NCBI GenBank assembly: GCA_963730485.1
Contig: CAVSRY010000009.1
Location: forward strand, 101,941-165,940
Length of the DNA: 64,000 bases
Direction of reading: 5' to 3'
Source: an uncultured Acidobacteriota bacterium
GTDB lineage: Bacteria; Acidobacteriota; Vicinamibacteria; Vicinamibacterales; SCN-69-37
Shown here: one piece after another, positions 1 to 10,040 of the stretch
How the letters are laid out: every line of letters starts with the position of its first letter
Position numbering within the stretch: the stretch's first letter is position 1
Notes under the pieces: generated by a model
Told to the model about the DNA's origin: nothing
What the model saw: only the letters and a program-made list of their open reading frames with translations
Database searches by the model: none
Program-made: the position numbers and the translations under genes

Positions 1-141
1 CGTCATGACCGCGTCGGTGGCGTCAGGCGCGTGCTCGGCAAAGTACGAATCAATCGCCGCGTCCGGCTCGGCGCGTCCGACTTCCCAGAAGTACAGAATC
101 TGAAGCGCGGCTTCGCGGGCGTGGCGCCGCGGTCCGGTCAC
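1..141 (-). CDS. nusB: transcription antitermination factor NusB, N-terminal part (runs off the left edge)
   Basis: Reverse translation from GTG at 141 gives VTGPRRHAREAALQILYFWEVGRAEPDAAIDSYFAEHAPDATDAVMT, a NusB-type N-terminus. It has a GTGA start/stop overlap with ribH, which is the usual ribH-nusB order. It is not in the ORF track because it is truncated. Confidence 0.6.
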   Translation of the reverse strand, partial: MTGPRRHAREAALQILYFWEVGRAEPDAAIDSYFAEHAPDATDAVMT

Positions 142-601
142 GATCCGTCCCAGTCGCGATCGCTGTCGTCCCCGGAGAGACGGGCGTACAGCCGTACCAT
201 GGCGGCGGCCGCCATGGCCGCTTCGCGTCCCTTGTTCGCCGGGCCCGGCGTCGCACGCGCGACGGCCTCTTCCACGGTGTTCGTCGTCAACAGACCAAAG
301 GCGACGGGCACGCCCGTCGTCTGCGCGGCGCGCATGATGCCCGCCGACGCCGCCTGCGCGATGTAGTCGAAGTGCGGCGTTTCGCCGCGGATCAGACAGC
401 CGAGACACACGACCGCCGCGAAGCGCCGCGACTCGGCGACCCGCTGCGCGGCCTGGGGCAGCTCGAACGCGCCGGGCACGAGGAACGTCTCCACGGCATC
501 GTCCGACCACCCGCTTCGGCCAGAGCGCCGCGCGCCCCGGTCTCGAGTCCGTCGGTGATGAACGCGTGGTACTCGGAGACAACGAGCGCAACCGACGTCA
601 T
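138..601 (-). CDS. ribH: 6,7-dimethyl-8-ribityllumazine synthase (one frame break in this assembly)
   Basis: Two reverse ORF pieces join: MTSVALVVSEYHAFITDGLETGARGALAEAG and WSDDAVETFLVPGAFELPQAAQRVAESRRFAAVVCLGCLIRGETPHFDYIAQAASAGIM. The break near 505-510 lies at a G run (gcgggtgg, where gcggggtgg would keep frame). Confidence 0.85.
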
Positions 602-611
602 TCGCTCGAAA

Positions 612-1005
612 TTATACTTCGCGCTCTTTCGCGCGCCGTCCGCGCGCCCACCCGGCGACGCCCAGCGCGACGACGGCGCCCAGGGCCGCGCCCATGGCAT
701 CCGCGACCCAGTCGCCAACGCTTGGCGTGCGCCCGGGAACGAAGGCTTGATGCAGTTCGTCGGTCACGCGCGTAGAGCGTGGCGGTCACCCACGCCTGCC
801 GGACCGCGTTGCCGGTGTAGCCGACCCACGCCGCGCCGGCGAACGCGCGTGTGAGCAGCACGCCGAGGAGACCGTACGCGACGAAGTGCGCGACCTTGTC
901 AGAGGTGTTGGCGGGAAGCGGTCCGAGGTTGGGGATACCCGAAGCCACGAAGATGGCGGCCATGAATGCCAGGGCGGGCCCCCACCGCCACAGCCATCCG
1001 GTCAC
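612..1005 (-). CDS. VanZ-like membrane protein (one frame break)
   Basis: The N-terminal piece reads ALAFMAAIFVASGIP..SDKVAHFVAYGLLG. After a 1-nt break near 765 another frame reads TDELHQAFVPGRTPSVGDWVADAMGAALG (VanZ DE-HQ-F-PGR motif) to TAA at 612-614. Confidence 0.7.
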
Positions 1006-1175
1006 CCGAAGAGCCCAATCAGGATCCAGCCGGTCACGTAGGCGCCAACCACGAACCCGCCGAACAGGCGCCCGCCCATGCGCAACTGCTCGCGAGGTTG
1101 GTCGCGCATCAGCACGGCAAAGACGATCGACACACAGGCGGCGAACAACGCCATCATCCCCAGGTGCGTAGTCAT
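1002..1175 (-). CDS. small two-helix membrane protein, unknown function
   Basis: A 57-codon reverse ORF reads MTTHLGMMALFAACVSIVFAVLMRDQPREQLRMGGRLFGGFVVGAYVTGWILIGLFG. It has an ATGA overlap with the upstream stop and a GTGA overlap with the vanZ-like start. It is too short for the ORF track. Confidence 0.35.
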   Translation of the reverse strand: MTTHLGMMALFAACVSIVFAVLMRDQPREQLRMGGRLFGGFVVGAYVTGWILIGLFG

Positions 1176-1531
1176 GACCGCCTTCGGCCCTTCGCGAAGT
1201 CGATGGCGTCGAGCACGACGAGCGCGTTCAGGAGGCCCGCGACGATGAGAAACGTGTTGCCGTACTCGTAGGCCGGCGCCGTGACTTCACCGGCGCCGAA
1301 GCCGCTGACACCGGCGATGAGGCGCGGCAAGCCGACCATCCACTCGGCGACCGCTTCGAGGAACACCAGAGGATCGCTGGGCTGGAAGGGAAAGAGGCGT
1401 CCGCCGCTCGCGATGCCAATCATGAACATCGCGACGAGCGTGACGAAGAAGATGACGGCCTTTTGGGTTCGACCCTGAAGGAAGTGGCCCGCGCCCGGCA
1501 CGAGCCAGGCGCCAATCGCCAGACCGATCAT
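1172..1531 (-). CDS. integral membrane protein, unknown function
   Basis: An intact 119-aa ORF with three hydrophobic segments (GLAIGAWLVPGAGHFLQG, AVIFFVTLVAMFMIGIASG, NTFLIVAGLLNALVVL). It is co-directional and overlaps its neighbours. Confidence 0.55.
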   Translation of the reverse strand: MIGLAIGAWLVPGAGHFLQGRTQKAVIFFVTLVAMFMIGIASGGRLFPFQPSDPLVFLEAVAEWMVGLPRLIAGVSGFGAGEVTAPAYEYGNTFLIVAGLLNALVVLDAIDFAKGRRRS

Positions 1532-1547
1532 GCCCGGTCAGTTTACC

Positions 1548-1991
1548 TGATTGACCTTCGGTGACGAGGACGCAACCGCAACGACCGTAGCCGCGATCGC
1601 CGCGCCAAGTGGCAGGCCCGCGAACGCGCGCGCGACGTTCGTCACCGGCACGCCGAACGCCCATTCCGCAATCCACGTGACGGCGGTCGGCAGGCTCGCG
1701 CAACGAGGACGATCGCGATTTCACGGCCGCTGACCCATCGTCGCATCCGCGCGGCGAAGCCGAACCATGCGCCACTGCCGCACCGAAGTACAGGCCGCTG
1801 CATCGAGCGCAGACGGGCCATTGCACGCCGGACGTGTGAAACGAGCGCTCGGGCCGTTGATGGCAGACGCGCGATCCCACGATCTGGACCATCGCCGTCA
1901 GCGCGCCGTCCGAACCGTGGATCGTCGCGGCGACGGTCGCGGCCTGAACGAGCGGCCACAACACCGCGATCGCCGCGAGCGCTCGGGCCAT
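1548..1991 (-). CDS. DUF2085-type membrane protein (at least two frame breaks)
   Basis: The N-terminal piece reads MARALAAIAVLWPL..VCHQRPERSFHTSGVQWPVCARCSGLYFG (the CHQ-PERSF..PVCARC-G-Y signature). The C-terminus is recovered in another frame as VTWIAEWAFGVPVTNVARAFAGLPLGAAIAATVVAV. The start overlaps the pfkB-type stop. Confidence 0.6.
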
Positions 1992-2938
1992 CAGTCGCCG
2001 CGCGCCAACCGCAGCGGGCCGAAGTGCGAGGCGTAGCGGCGCTCGAATTCGTCGATCGTGTAGGCGTGACTCTGACCGCCCAGGTGTTCGAGCGCGTAGG
2101 TCGCGGCGACGCTGCCGATCTGGGCGCACACGACCGGACTGGCGCCCTGCGCGAGCCCCTTGAGAAATCCCGCACGGAAGGCGTCGCCGACACCGGTCGG
2201 GTCCACGATGCGCGACGGCGTGACCGCAGGCACCTGGCTCTCGCCATCACGGGCAATGACCGATGAACCGGCCTCCCCGCGCGTCACGATGACCATCGCT
2301 GCCACGTCGAGAATGCCGGCCAGGTCGAGGCCGGTCTTCTCCTTCAGCAGCTCGAACTCGTAGTCATTGCAAATCACGATCGAGGCGCCGGCAATCCCGT
2401 CGGCAAGTTCCGGTCCCGACATCCGTGCGCACTGCTGGCCGGGATCGAACATGAAGTCGATGCCCAGCGCGCGACACTCCTCGGCGTACTGCGTCATCGC
2501 CCGGGGATCGTTCGGCGAGATCGTCACGAAATCCACCGGCCCGACGGTGCGGAACGACAACTCGGCCGCGTGGGCCATCGCGCCGGTGTAGAACGACGCA
2601 ATCTGGTTGTTCTCCGAGTCCGTGCTGCAGAAGAACGAGGCCGTGAACTTGTCCAGGACCTGCTTCACGAGTGAGGTGTCGACGCCGGCGGCCTCGAGCC
2701 ACCGGCGGTAGTCCTCGAAGTCCTGCCCGGCCGTCGCCATGAGATACGGACGCTCGCCGAGCAACGCCAGCGTGTAGGCGATGTTCGGCGCACAGCCGCC
2801 GCGGCGCTTGTCCATGCTGTCCACGAGGAAGCTCAGACTGATGCGCGACAGGTGCTCGGGCAGGATGTGCTCAGTGAACCGCCCGGGAAACGACATCAGG
2901 TAGTCGAACGCGATCGATCCGGTGACGATGATGCGCAT
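1991..2938 (-). CDS. PfkB-family carbohydrate/adenosine kinase
   Basis: An intact 315-aa ORF with GGCAPNIAY, a DPTGVGDAFRAGFL C-terminal kinase motif and the NDYEFELL stretch. Confidence 0.85.
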   Translation of the reverse strand: MRIIVTGSIAFDYLMSFPGRFTEHILPEHLSRISLSFLVDSMDKRRGGCAPNIAYTLALLGERPYLMATAGQDFEDYRRWLEAAGVDTSLVKQVLDKFTASFFCSTDSENNQIASFYTGAMAHAAELSFRTVGPVDFVTISPNDPRAMTQYAEECRALGIDFMFDPGQQCARMSGPELADGIAGASIVICNDYEFELLKEKTGLDLAGILDVAAMVIVTRGEAGSSVIARDGESQVPAVTPSRIVDPTGVGDAFRAGFLKGLAQGASPVVCAQIGSVAATYALEHLGGQSHAYTIDEFERRYASHFGPLRLARGD

Positions 2939-2942
2939 GGAA

Positions 2943-3809
2943 TCAGGAAAGGTATTTGCCGACGATCGGCTTCAACTTCTCGCGCGTGGCGGCGGGAATC
3001 GTGTCGCGCCGCGTGATGATGGCCGTCGCCAGCGCCCGCGCGCACTCGCAATCGCGCGCGATCGGCAACTGGCCGACCGCGTGGGCAATCACCTGCTGCG
3101 CCATCGAGGCGTTGGCAGTGAGGTTGGCGATGATCATCTCGACGGTCACGGAATCGTGGTCCGGATGCCAGCAGTCGTAGTCGGTCACGAGCGCGAGCGT
3201 CGTGTAACAGATCTCCGCTTCACGCGCGAGCTTCGCCTCCTGCAGGTTCGTCATCCCGATGATGTCGAAGCCGGACGCCCGATACGCATTCGACTCGGCC
3301 ACCGTCGAGAACTGCGGCCCTTCCATGCACACGTAGGTGCCGCCTTTGTGGACGGTCGCTCCGGCCTCCTGGGCGCCCGCGTGCAGGATGCGGCTGAGCG
3401 GACCGCAGAACGGATGCGCGAAGGCCACGTGCGCCACGAGCCCGTCGCCGAAGAATGTGCTGACCCGCCCGCGGGTGCGGTCGTAGAACTGGTCGGGGAT
3501 CACGAGATCCTGCGGCTTCAGTTCCTCTCGCAGGCTGCCGACCGCGCTCGCCGACAGAATCCATTCGACGCCGAGCGTCTTCATCGCATAGATGTTGGCG
3601 CGGAAGTTCAGCTCGCTCGGCAGGAGCCGATGCCCGATGCCGTGCCGCGCCAGGAACGCGACACGCTGTCCGCGCAGCGTCGCCAACACGAACGGCGCCG
3701 ATGGCTCGCCAAACGGGGTGGAGACGACGCGCTCTTCGCGGTCGGTCAGCTCGGCCATGTCGTACAGACCGCTGCCGCCGATGATGCCAACTCGTGGTGT
3801 GGACGACAT
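2943..3809 (-). CDS. mtnP: S-methyl-5'-thioadenosine phosphorylase
   Basis: From ATG 3809 the product reads [57 protein letters not shown] and is 288 aa. The 586-aa ORF in the track is an artefactual read-through from the upstream gene. Confidence 0.9.
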   Translation of the reverse strand: MSSTPRVGIIGGSGLYDMAELTDREERVVSTPFGEPSAPFVLATLRGQRVAFLARHGIGHRLLPSELNFRANIYAMKTLGVEWILSASAVGSLREELKPQDLVIPDQFYDRTRGRVSTFFGDGLVAHVAFAHPFCGPLSRILHAGAQEAGATVHKGGTYVCMEGPQFSTVAESNAYRASGFDIIGMTNLQEAKLAREAEICYTTLALVTDYDCWHPDHDSVTVEMIIANLTANASMAQQVIAHAVGQLPIARDCECARALATAIITRRDTIPAATREKLKPIVGKYLS

Positions 3810-3841
3810 AGACAGGAAGGACTCGAAACTCGACGCGCTTC

Positions 3842-4703
3842 TCAGCTGCGAAATGGGCTCAACCGACAGCCGGCCGGCGTCATCTCTGATGATGCCGGCG
3901 GCGACAGACGGATCGTGCTCGAAGAAGATAACGTACTCACCGGCAATCGCCTCGGCCAGGAACCGCCGCTTGTAGGCCAACGTGTCCATCGGGTACAGGT
4001 CGTAGCCCATGATCCACGGCAGATCCACGTGCGCGACCGTCGGGATGCAGATCGGCCAGCGAAGATTGCCGTCCGGCCCTCTGACTCGAAGCGGACGATC
4101 TGGTGGTGCATGGTGTGACCGCCCGTGCGCCACACGCTGATCCCCGGCAGCACTTCCCCATCCTCCTCGATGAACTCCACGCGTCCCGCATCCAGCAGCG
4201 GCACGTAGTTCTCGGCGAGGTAGCTCGCGCGATTGCGCTCGTGCGGGTGGGTCGCGTCCTCCCACTCGCCGCGACGGATGAGGTACCGGGCATTCGGAAA
4301 GCGCGGCGCGATGCGGTCGCCATTCCGCGCCGTGAATCCACCGGCGTGATCGAAGTGCAGATGCGTCGCCAGCACGATGTCGATGTCCTTCGCCGCGAGC
4401 CCGGCGTCGGCGAGCGTGTGGTCGAGGTGACGCGACCGATCGAACCCGTAGATGTCGGCGGCCTTCGGGCCGAGCTTGTCGCCGACGCCCGCGTCGATCA
4501 GCATGGTCGTTCCGCCGGCTCGTACGACGAGCGGCCGCATGCTCATCACAATGCGGTGCCGGTCGTCCGGCTGCGTGCGCTTGCTCCACATCGTCCGCGG
4601 GAATGACGCCGAACATCGCGCCGCCATCGAGGCGGAAGTTCCCGTCGGACAAGGACGTGATCTCGAATTCACCGAACTGCACGTTGAGTTGGCTCCCCTG
4701 CAA
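3842..4703 (-). CDS. MBL-fold metallo-hydrolase (two or more frame breaks, 3' end unresolved)
   Basis: The N-terminus reads [35 protein letters not shown], with a break near 4598. The core reads [25 protein letters not shown] (HxHxDH), with a break near 4050. The rest reads [45 protein letters not shown]. The last frame runs without a stop into mtnP. Confidence 0.7.
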
Positions 4704-5097
4704 TCAGTTCCACGAGCACGCCACCCGTCGCCGACGGATGAACGAAGGCGACGGGCCGGCCGTCCGCGCCCGGCCGTGGCGTCTCATCCACAAGACGCAC
4801 GCCCCGCGCACGCAAGTCCGCGAGCGCGGCGTCGAGATCGTCGACTTCGACCGCGATGTGGTGCAACCCCGGGCCACGTCGCGCCAGAAACGCCGCGATC
4901 GGCGACTCGGCGCCGAGCGCCTCCAGCACCTCGATCGAACTCCCGCCGAGGTGGACGAACTGCACGCGTACTCCGTGCGCGGCCGCGTCGATGGCTGGTT
5001 CGGCACCGGCGCCAAACGCCTGCGACAGAAACGACAGGAATGGGGCGGCATCCGCGACGGCGACGCCGACATGATCGATCCTCACGTCGCGCCGCAT
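4669..5097 (-). CDS. mce: methylmalonyl-CoA epimerase (VOC family)
   Basis: From ATG 5097 the product reads [72 protein letters not shown]. It lies next to meaB. Confidence 0.8.
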   Translation of the reverse strand: MRRDVRIDHVGVAVADAAPFLSFLSQAFGAGAEPAIDAAAHGVRVQFVHLGGSSIEVLEALGAESPIAAFLARRGPGLHHIAVEVDDLDAALADLRARGVRLVDETPRPGADGRPVAFVHPSATGGVLVELIAGEPTQRAVR

Positions 5098-5162
5098 CGC
5101 GTCGCGCCAACGCCCGATCGGACGATCGCACGCGCCGCCGCTCGGCAATCGCAGCCGCCATT

Positions 5163-5909
5163 TCACCGCGAAACCGGTCGATCACCTCGACCACAGCCGC
5201 GACACCTGTGCCATCGGTCGCGACCGTGGCGATCACCGGAGGGATCCAGCCGTCGTCCGGCCCGCCGGTCAGCCGCAGCGCGCCTTCGAGGGACGCCACC
5301 GTCGCGATCGGCGCCCGCGCGGTCGCTCTTGTTCACAACGAAGATGTCGCCGATCTCCATGAGACCGGCTTTCATGTCCTGGACTTCGTCGCCGGCGTCC
5401 GGCACGAACACGACGAGGCGGATGTCGGCGAGGCGGGCGATGTCGAGCTCGTCCTGACCAACCCCAACGGTTTCGATGATGACGACATCGAACCCGGCCG
5501 CGTCGAGCACATCAACGGCGCCGGACGTTGCGCTCGACAGACCGCCGAGCTGTCCCCTCGTCGCGAGACTGCGAATGAACACGCCGGAATCGGACGCGTG
5601 CGCCTGCATCCGCACGCGGTCACCGAGCAGCGCGCCTCCGGTGAACGGGCTCGTGGGATCGACCGCCAGCACACCGACAGTGCGCCCCGTGCCTCGAAGT
5701 TCCCGGATCAACCGATCGACGAGCGTGCTCTTGCCGGCGCCTGGCGGTCCGGTCACGCCCACGAGCAGCGCGCGACCCGTGCGGCCCCGGATGGCTGCCA
5801 ACAGCGCCGGTCCGGCGACGGGATCGTCGGACACGGCACTCAGGGCGCGCGCCACCGCCCGCGGTTCTCGCTCGAGTACACCCGTGACCAGCGAGACGGA
5901 CACGTTCAC
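5163..5909 (-). CDS. meaB: methylmalonyl-CoA mutase-associated GTPase MeaB (frame break near 5300, 3' end unresolved)
   Basis: GTG 5909 overlaps the ACAD stop (GTGA). The product has P-loop [20 protein letters not shown], then [10 protein letters not shown] and VVNKSD. After the break another frame gives [41 protein letters not shown]. Confidence 0.8.
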   Translation of the reverse strand: MNVSVSLVTGVLEREPRAVARALSAVSDDPVAGPALLAAIRGRTGRALLVGVTGPPGAGKSTLVDRLIRELRGTGRTVGVLAVDPTSPFTGGALLGDRVRMQAHASDSGVFIRSLATRGQLGGLSSATSGAVDVLDAAGFDVVIIETVGVGQDELDIARLADIRLVVFVPDAGDEVQDMKAGLMEIGDIFVVNKSDRAGADRDGGVPRRRAAADRRAGRRLDPSGDRHGRDRWHRCRGCGRGDRPVSR

Positions 5910-7052
5910 TGGCCCAGAAGCTGCCGGGCAATCACGAGCCGCTGAATCTCGCTCGTGCCCTCGCCAATCGTGCAGAGCTTCACGTCGCGAAAGTATTTCT
6001 CGGCAGGGTAATCCTTCACGAAGCCGTAGCCGCCGTGGATCTGGACACATTCCTCGGCGGCGCGAACTGCCACCTCGCTGGCGTAGAGCTTCGCCACCGA
6101 CGAGGCCGTGGAGGTGCGTTCCTCGCGGCGGTCCCGCAGCCATGCGGCGCGGTAGGTGAGCAAGCGGGCGGCCTCGATCCGCGTCGCCATGTCTGCGAGC
6201 TTCCACCGGATGGCCTGAAAGGTGGCGATCGGCCGTCCGAACTGGCGTCTTGCTTTGGCGTACGGCCAGCGCGGCTTCGAAGGCGCCCTGGGCAAGGCCG
6301 ACCGAGAGTGCCGCGATGCCGATGCGTCCCGCATCGAGCACGCGCAACGTGTCCACGAACCCGCGGCCGACTGCTCCGAGCACGTTCGCCGCCGGCACGC
6401 GAACGTCGTCGAGAATCACTTCGCTCGTATCGCTCGCGCGCATCCCGAGTTTGTTCTCATGGCGCCCGGCTTTGAGCCCTGCAGTGCCACGCTCAACGAT
6501 GAACGCGGAGATGCCGTGACTGCCCTGGCTCGCATCCGTCACGGCCATCACCACGAGAAGCCCCGCGGTGCGGCCGTGGGTGATGAACTGTTTGGTGCCG
6601 TTGATCACCCAGCCGCCGGCGTCCGATCGAGCGGTGGTCCGCATGGCGCCGGCATCGCTGCCGGAGTCGGCTTCAGTCAGGCCCCAAGCGCCGAGCATCT
6701 CGCCGCGGACGAGGGGCCCGAGGTAGCGCGCCTTCTGCTCGGCCGTGCCGACCATCGCGAGATGCGCCACGGCCAGGCCGTTGTGCGCCGCCACGGATAA
6801 CGCGATGGACGGATCCACTCTCGCCAGTTCCTCGATGGCAATGCAGTAGTCCACCGCCGACATCCCCGATCCGCCCTCGTCTTCGGACACCTGGATGCCC
6901 ATCAGCCCCATCGCCGCGAGCTTGCCAACCAGCTCGTTCGGAAACGCCTGCGCCTCGTCCCAGGCCATCACGTGCGGCCGAATCTCCGCCTCGGCAAACT
7001 CCCGTACCGTGCGGCGCAGCAGTTGCTGGTCGTCGGTGGGGGTGAGATTCAT
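5906..7052 (-). CDS. acyl-CoA dehydrogenase (one frame break near 6262)
   Basis: [60 protein letters not shown] joins [67 protein letters not shown]. Confidence 0.85.
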
Positions 7053-7155
7053 GACCAGATACTATGCTGGGATCGGGGTGCCTGGGCGTCGCGACGACGC
7101 CGAAGGACGCGAGTGAGAACGACAGCTTCGACCGCGACGGTCCGATAAGCCGACC

Positions 7156-7632
7156 ATGAAACATCGGCAGACGATTTGCGCGCTCGCGCTTCTTCTGGTC
7201 AGTATCCTGCCGACGACGGCGGCGGCAGACGCGACGGCGTTCTTGGGATTCTCCCCAAAGCCAGCGACCCGCTCCGTGGCGGGATTCGCCGTGGGCGTCA
7301 GCCTGGTCATCGTGGGCTTCGAGTTCGAGTACGCGAGCACGTCGGAGAACCCTGAAGAGCTGGCGCCACGCCTGCGGACGGGGATGATCAACGGACTCAT
7401 CCAGACGCCAACGCGGACGCAGTTCTATCTGACGGCTGGCGGCGGTTTCTATCGCGAAGCGCTGGAGGAGAGATCCGATACCCACTTCGGGACGAACATC
7501 GGCGGCGGCATGAAGATGCCGTTGGTCGGACCGCTTCGGCTGCGCATCGACTATCGCCTCTTCAACCTACGCGGCAGCCCCATCTACAATAGGCCGCATC
7601 GGATTTACGCCGGCGCGAACATCACTTTCTAG
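7156..7632 (+). CDS. small outer-membrane beta-barrel protein
   Basis: It has a signal peptide (MKHRQTICALALLLVSILPTTAAADA), alternating beta-strand pattern and the C-terminal YAGANITF typical of OM barrels. Confidence 0.7.
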   Translation: MKHRQTICALALLLVSILPTTAAADATAFLGFSPKPATRSVAGFAVGVSLVIVGFEFEYASTSENPEELAPRLRTGMINGLIQTPTRTQFYLTAGGGFYREALEERSDTHFGTNIGGGMKMPLVGPLRLRIDYRLFNLRGSPIYNRPHRIYAGANITF

Positions 7633-7635
7633 ATC

Positions 7636-7713
7636 GCGTCGGTCCCTTCCCCGTTTCGCGTTCCGGGTTCTTAGACTACGAACGGGGAACGAGGAACGGG
7701 GAACCGGGAACGC
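7636..7713. repeat. word-array hairpin, family A (GAACGGG)
   Basis: The right arm is GAACGGG GAACGAG GAACGGG GAACCGG GAACGC. The left arm is its imperfect complement (TTCCCCGTTTCGCGTTCCGGGTTC) and the loop is TTAGACTAC. It fills the whole spacer between convergent stops. Confidence 0.8.
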
Positions 7714-8160
7714 TTAACGTAGTTTGTTCAGCCCCATTCGCTCGACCCGCACGATGTCGGCGCGCAGGCGCTCAAACAGGCTGGACAGCTCGGCCGGCGC
7801 ATCTTCACTCAGAACCTTGATCGGATCGTAATCCGCGCCGCTGACAGCCGGATCGAAGAAGAACAGATAGATGACCGCATCGCGCGGCGCTTCGGCAGAC
7901 CGGTAGATTCGCCAGTTGGCGGCCTGTTGCCGCCGTACGGGGTCGGTAGAGCGATCGAGCGCCTCGGCGAGACGTTTGACGATGGCCTCGAAGTCGTCGG
8001 CGCGTTCCGGCCGGACGTGGAAGAAGAGCACGCCGGCACCCGTCGGAAACACGTACTCCTGTGCGGCGGGTCGCGGAGGCGCCTGGGCCTGACTCACGAT
8101 GCCGCCAGCCAGCACGGCGGCGACCGCGTACACGATGGACCTCCGAGAGCCTCGTCGCAT
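7714..8160 (-). CDS. secreted protein of unknown function (paralog 1)
   Basis: ATG 8160 is preceded by GAGGAG. It has a signal peptide (MRRGSRRSIVYAVAAVLAGGIVSQAQA). It shares GVLFFHV..ADFEAIV, YLFFFDP and LFERLR blocks with the gene at 8255-8752. Confidence 0.6.
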   Translation of the reverse strand: MRRGSRRSIVYAVAAVLAGGIVSQAQAPPRPAAQEYVFPTGAGVLFFHVRPERADDFEAIVKRLAEALDRSTDPVRRQQAANWRIYRSAEAPRDAVIYLFFFDPAVSGADYDPIKVLSEDAPAELSSLFERLRADIVRVERMGLNKLR

Positions 8161-8171
8161 CGCGTTCTCCT

Positions 8172-8218
8172 CTGAAAACACAAACGGGACGTTCGCGCAG
8201 CAGCGAGAACGTCCCGTT
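8172..8218 (-). terminator. intrinsic terminator between the two paralogs
   Basis: A perfect 13-bp stem (AAACGGGACGTTC / GAACGTCCCGTTT) with a 12-nt loop, followed on the minus strand by GTGTTTTC. Confidence 0.6.
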
Positions 8219-8254
8219 TGAAGTCGACGCCGGCGGATGCCGACGGTCCGTGGC

Positions 8255-8752
8255 CTACTGAATCCGCTTCAGCGGCTTTGCATCAAGACCGAGCAGCGCG
8301 CCCTTCAGTTTCTCGAAGATCGCGTCGGCCTCAGCACGAGGAAACAGATCCCCGGTCTCGTAGAGCAGCGCCGTTGGGTTGTAGCTCTGGGTTTGAGATG
8401 CGGGGTCGACGACGAAGTAGTAGAACGCGACTGGGCCAACGCCCGGTCCACCATCGACCGCTGGCGTGTCGGGTTTGTACATCTTCAGGCTCTCGCCGAC
8501 CGATTTGTGCTCCGGCTTGTCCGAGGCACTGAACTTGGTCTTGATGGCGACCCAGGCGGACTCGAAGTCAGCCGTCTTGTCACCCTTGACCTGCCAGAGA
8601 ATCCACCCCATCGGGGTCTTGAACTGGAACTGGTCGTCCTGGGCCCCAGCAGCCTGCGCCGACGCCACGCGCGCCGTCGCCAGAACGGCCACGACTCCAA
8701 GAATCATTACAATTCGCCGGCTGAGTGCCGACCCGCGATCCGCGAACTTCAT
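8255..8752 (-). CDS. secreted protein of unknown function (paralog 2)
   Basis: An intact 165-aa ORF with GGAGG 8 nt upstream and a signal peptide ending ARVASAQA. It aligns by eye with paralog 1 (GWILWQV..ADFESAW, FYYFVVDP, IFEKLK). Confidence 0.6.
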   Translation of the reverse strand: MKFADRGSALSRRIVMILGVVAVLATARVASAQAAGAQDDQFQFKTPMGWILWQVKGDKTADFESAWVAIKTKFSASDKPEHKSVGESLKMYKPDTPAVDGGPGVGPVAFYYFVVDPASQTQSYNPTALLYETGDLFPRAEADAIFEKLKGALLGLDAKPLKRIQ

Positions 8753-8852
8753 GTGAACTGCCTCCTGCCCTCCGGGGCGGCATTAAAAAAGCCGGACTAC
8801 CATATCGTACCCTCATTCGAGCCCGCAGCGGAATCGTGCGGTGAGGATCCGG

Positions 8853-9990
8853 TTACACAAACTCTGCCAGAATCGAATTCGCGACGAGCATCCCACGACG
8901 CGTCAAGCCGAAGCGATCCCCGGCGAGCCACATCAGCCCGCCGTCAACGTACGGCTCAAGGGTCGGCCCATACCTCTGCCAGGGGTCGACACCGAAGCGT
9001 GCCTGAAAGTTCCGGCGGTCAAGACCTTCGCACAGTCGCAACCCGGTAAACAGCGCCTCCTCGACCCGGGACGTCGGTGACAGCGGCACCACGTCGATAC
9101 GCACCGTGGCACCCCGGCCCAGCCGATCGACGTATCCCGCCGTGCCACTGACATTGCGCCAGCGAAGCGCGTCGACCGTCGAGTGTGCTCCACAGCCAAA
9201 TCCGCGCCAGGCGCCACTCTGCCAATACTTGAGGTTGTGGCGGCTTTCGCGGCCCGGTCTCGCGACGTTGGAAATTTCGGTACTGATGGTACCCGGCCGA
9301 ATCGGCGAGCGCGAGGCCCTCAAGGTACATGTCCGCCGCCTGGTCCTCGGCCGCCTGCGCCCAGCGCACGGGGTCGCCGGCCTGGGCGCGTGCCATCGCC
9401 TCCTTCAAGGGAGCGTTGGGATAGAGCTCGAGCAGGTACATGGACAGATGTTCCGGCTCGAGCTCGACGGCGCGCCCGATCGTCCGCAGCCACGATGCCG
9501 GCGATTGGCCCGGCAGCCACAGCATCAAGTCGAGGCTGACGTTGTCGAAACCGGCGGCCCGGGCGACGCTGACCGCCTCAACCGCCCGGCTCGCCGAGTG
9601 CACCCGCTCGAGACGGTTCAGTTCGTCATCGTCGAAGGACTGCACCCCGAAGCTGATGCGGTTCACGCCGGCAGCACGAAACCCCGCCATCCTCTCGGGA
9701 GTCACGGTCTCGGGATTCGTTTCGAGCGTCACCTCGGCGTCCGGCGCGAGGTCGAACGCGTCACAACATGCCGTGAGAAGCTCACGAACCTCGGTCGGTT
9801 CGAGGAGCGAAGGCGTCCCGCCGCCGAAGAAGACGGTGTCTGCGGCTCGGCCGTCGCCCGCCTCCTCGATCTCCTGTCGGAGCGCGCTCACATACCGGGC
9901 CTTCAGTTCGGCATCGAACAGACCGCGGTTGAAGTTGCAGTAACTGCAGAGGGACTGACAGAACGGGATATGGAGATAGAGACCCAACAT
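8853..9990 (-). CDS. hemW: radical SAM heme chaperone HemW / oxygen-independent coproporphyrinogen oxidase-like (one frame break near 9285)
   Basis: MLGLYLHIPFCQSLCSYCNF (CxxxCxxC), GGGTPS and NRISFGVQSF are present. After the break the product reads EISNVARPGRESRHNLKYWQSGAWRGFGCGAHS..GLTRRGMLVANSILAEFV. Confidence 0.85.
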
Positions 9991-10037
9991 TGAGGATCTG
10001 CGATCTGCGATTGGGGATTGAATCGGCGATTTGACTG
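9988..10037. repeat. single-arm word array, family E (GATCTGC/GATTGGG)
   Basis: The sequence is CATTGAG GATCTGC GATCTGC GATTGGG GATTGAA TCGGCGA TTTGACT. Its terminal CAT is the hemW start codon on the minus strand. It shares GCGATTGGGGATT with the inner arms at 42672-42690 and 59235-59250. Confidence 0.6.
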
Positions 10038-10040
10038 TTC

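Noticed and set aside
5163-7052. Apparent fusion proteins in the ORF track: ACAD-MeaB (5163-7052), MBL-MTAP (2943-4703), MobA-ArgS (24770-26788) and M50 protease-TrpS (51873-53207).
   Set aside because: In each case the upstream partner leaves its proper frame at an indel and reads through out of frame (gibberish segment) into the next gene. The downstream gene has its own canonical start, often overlapping the expected upstream stop (ATGA/GTGA).
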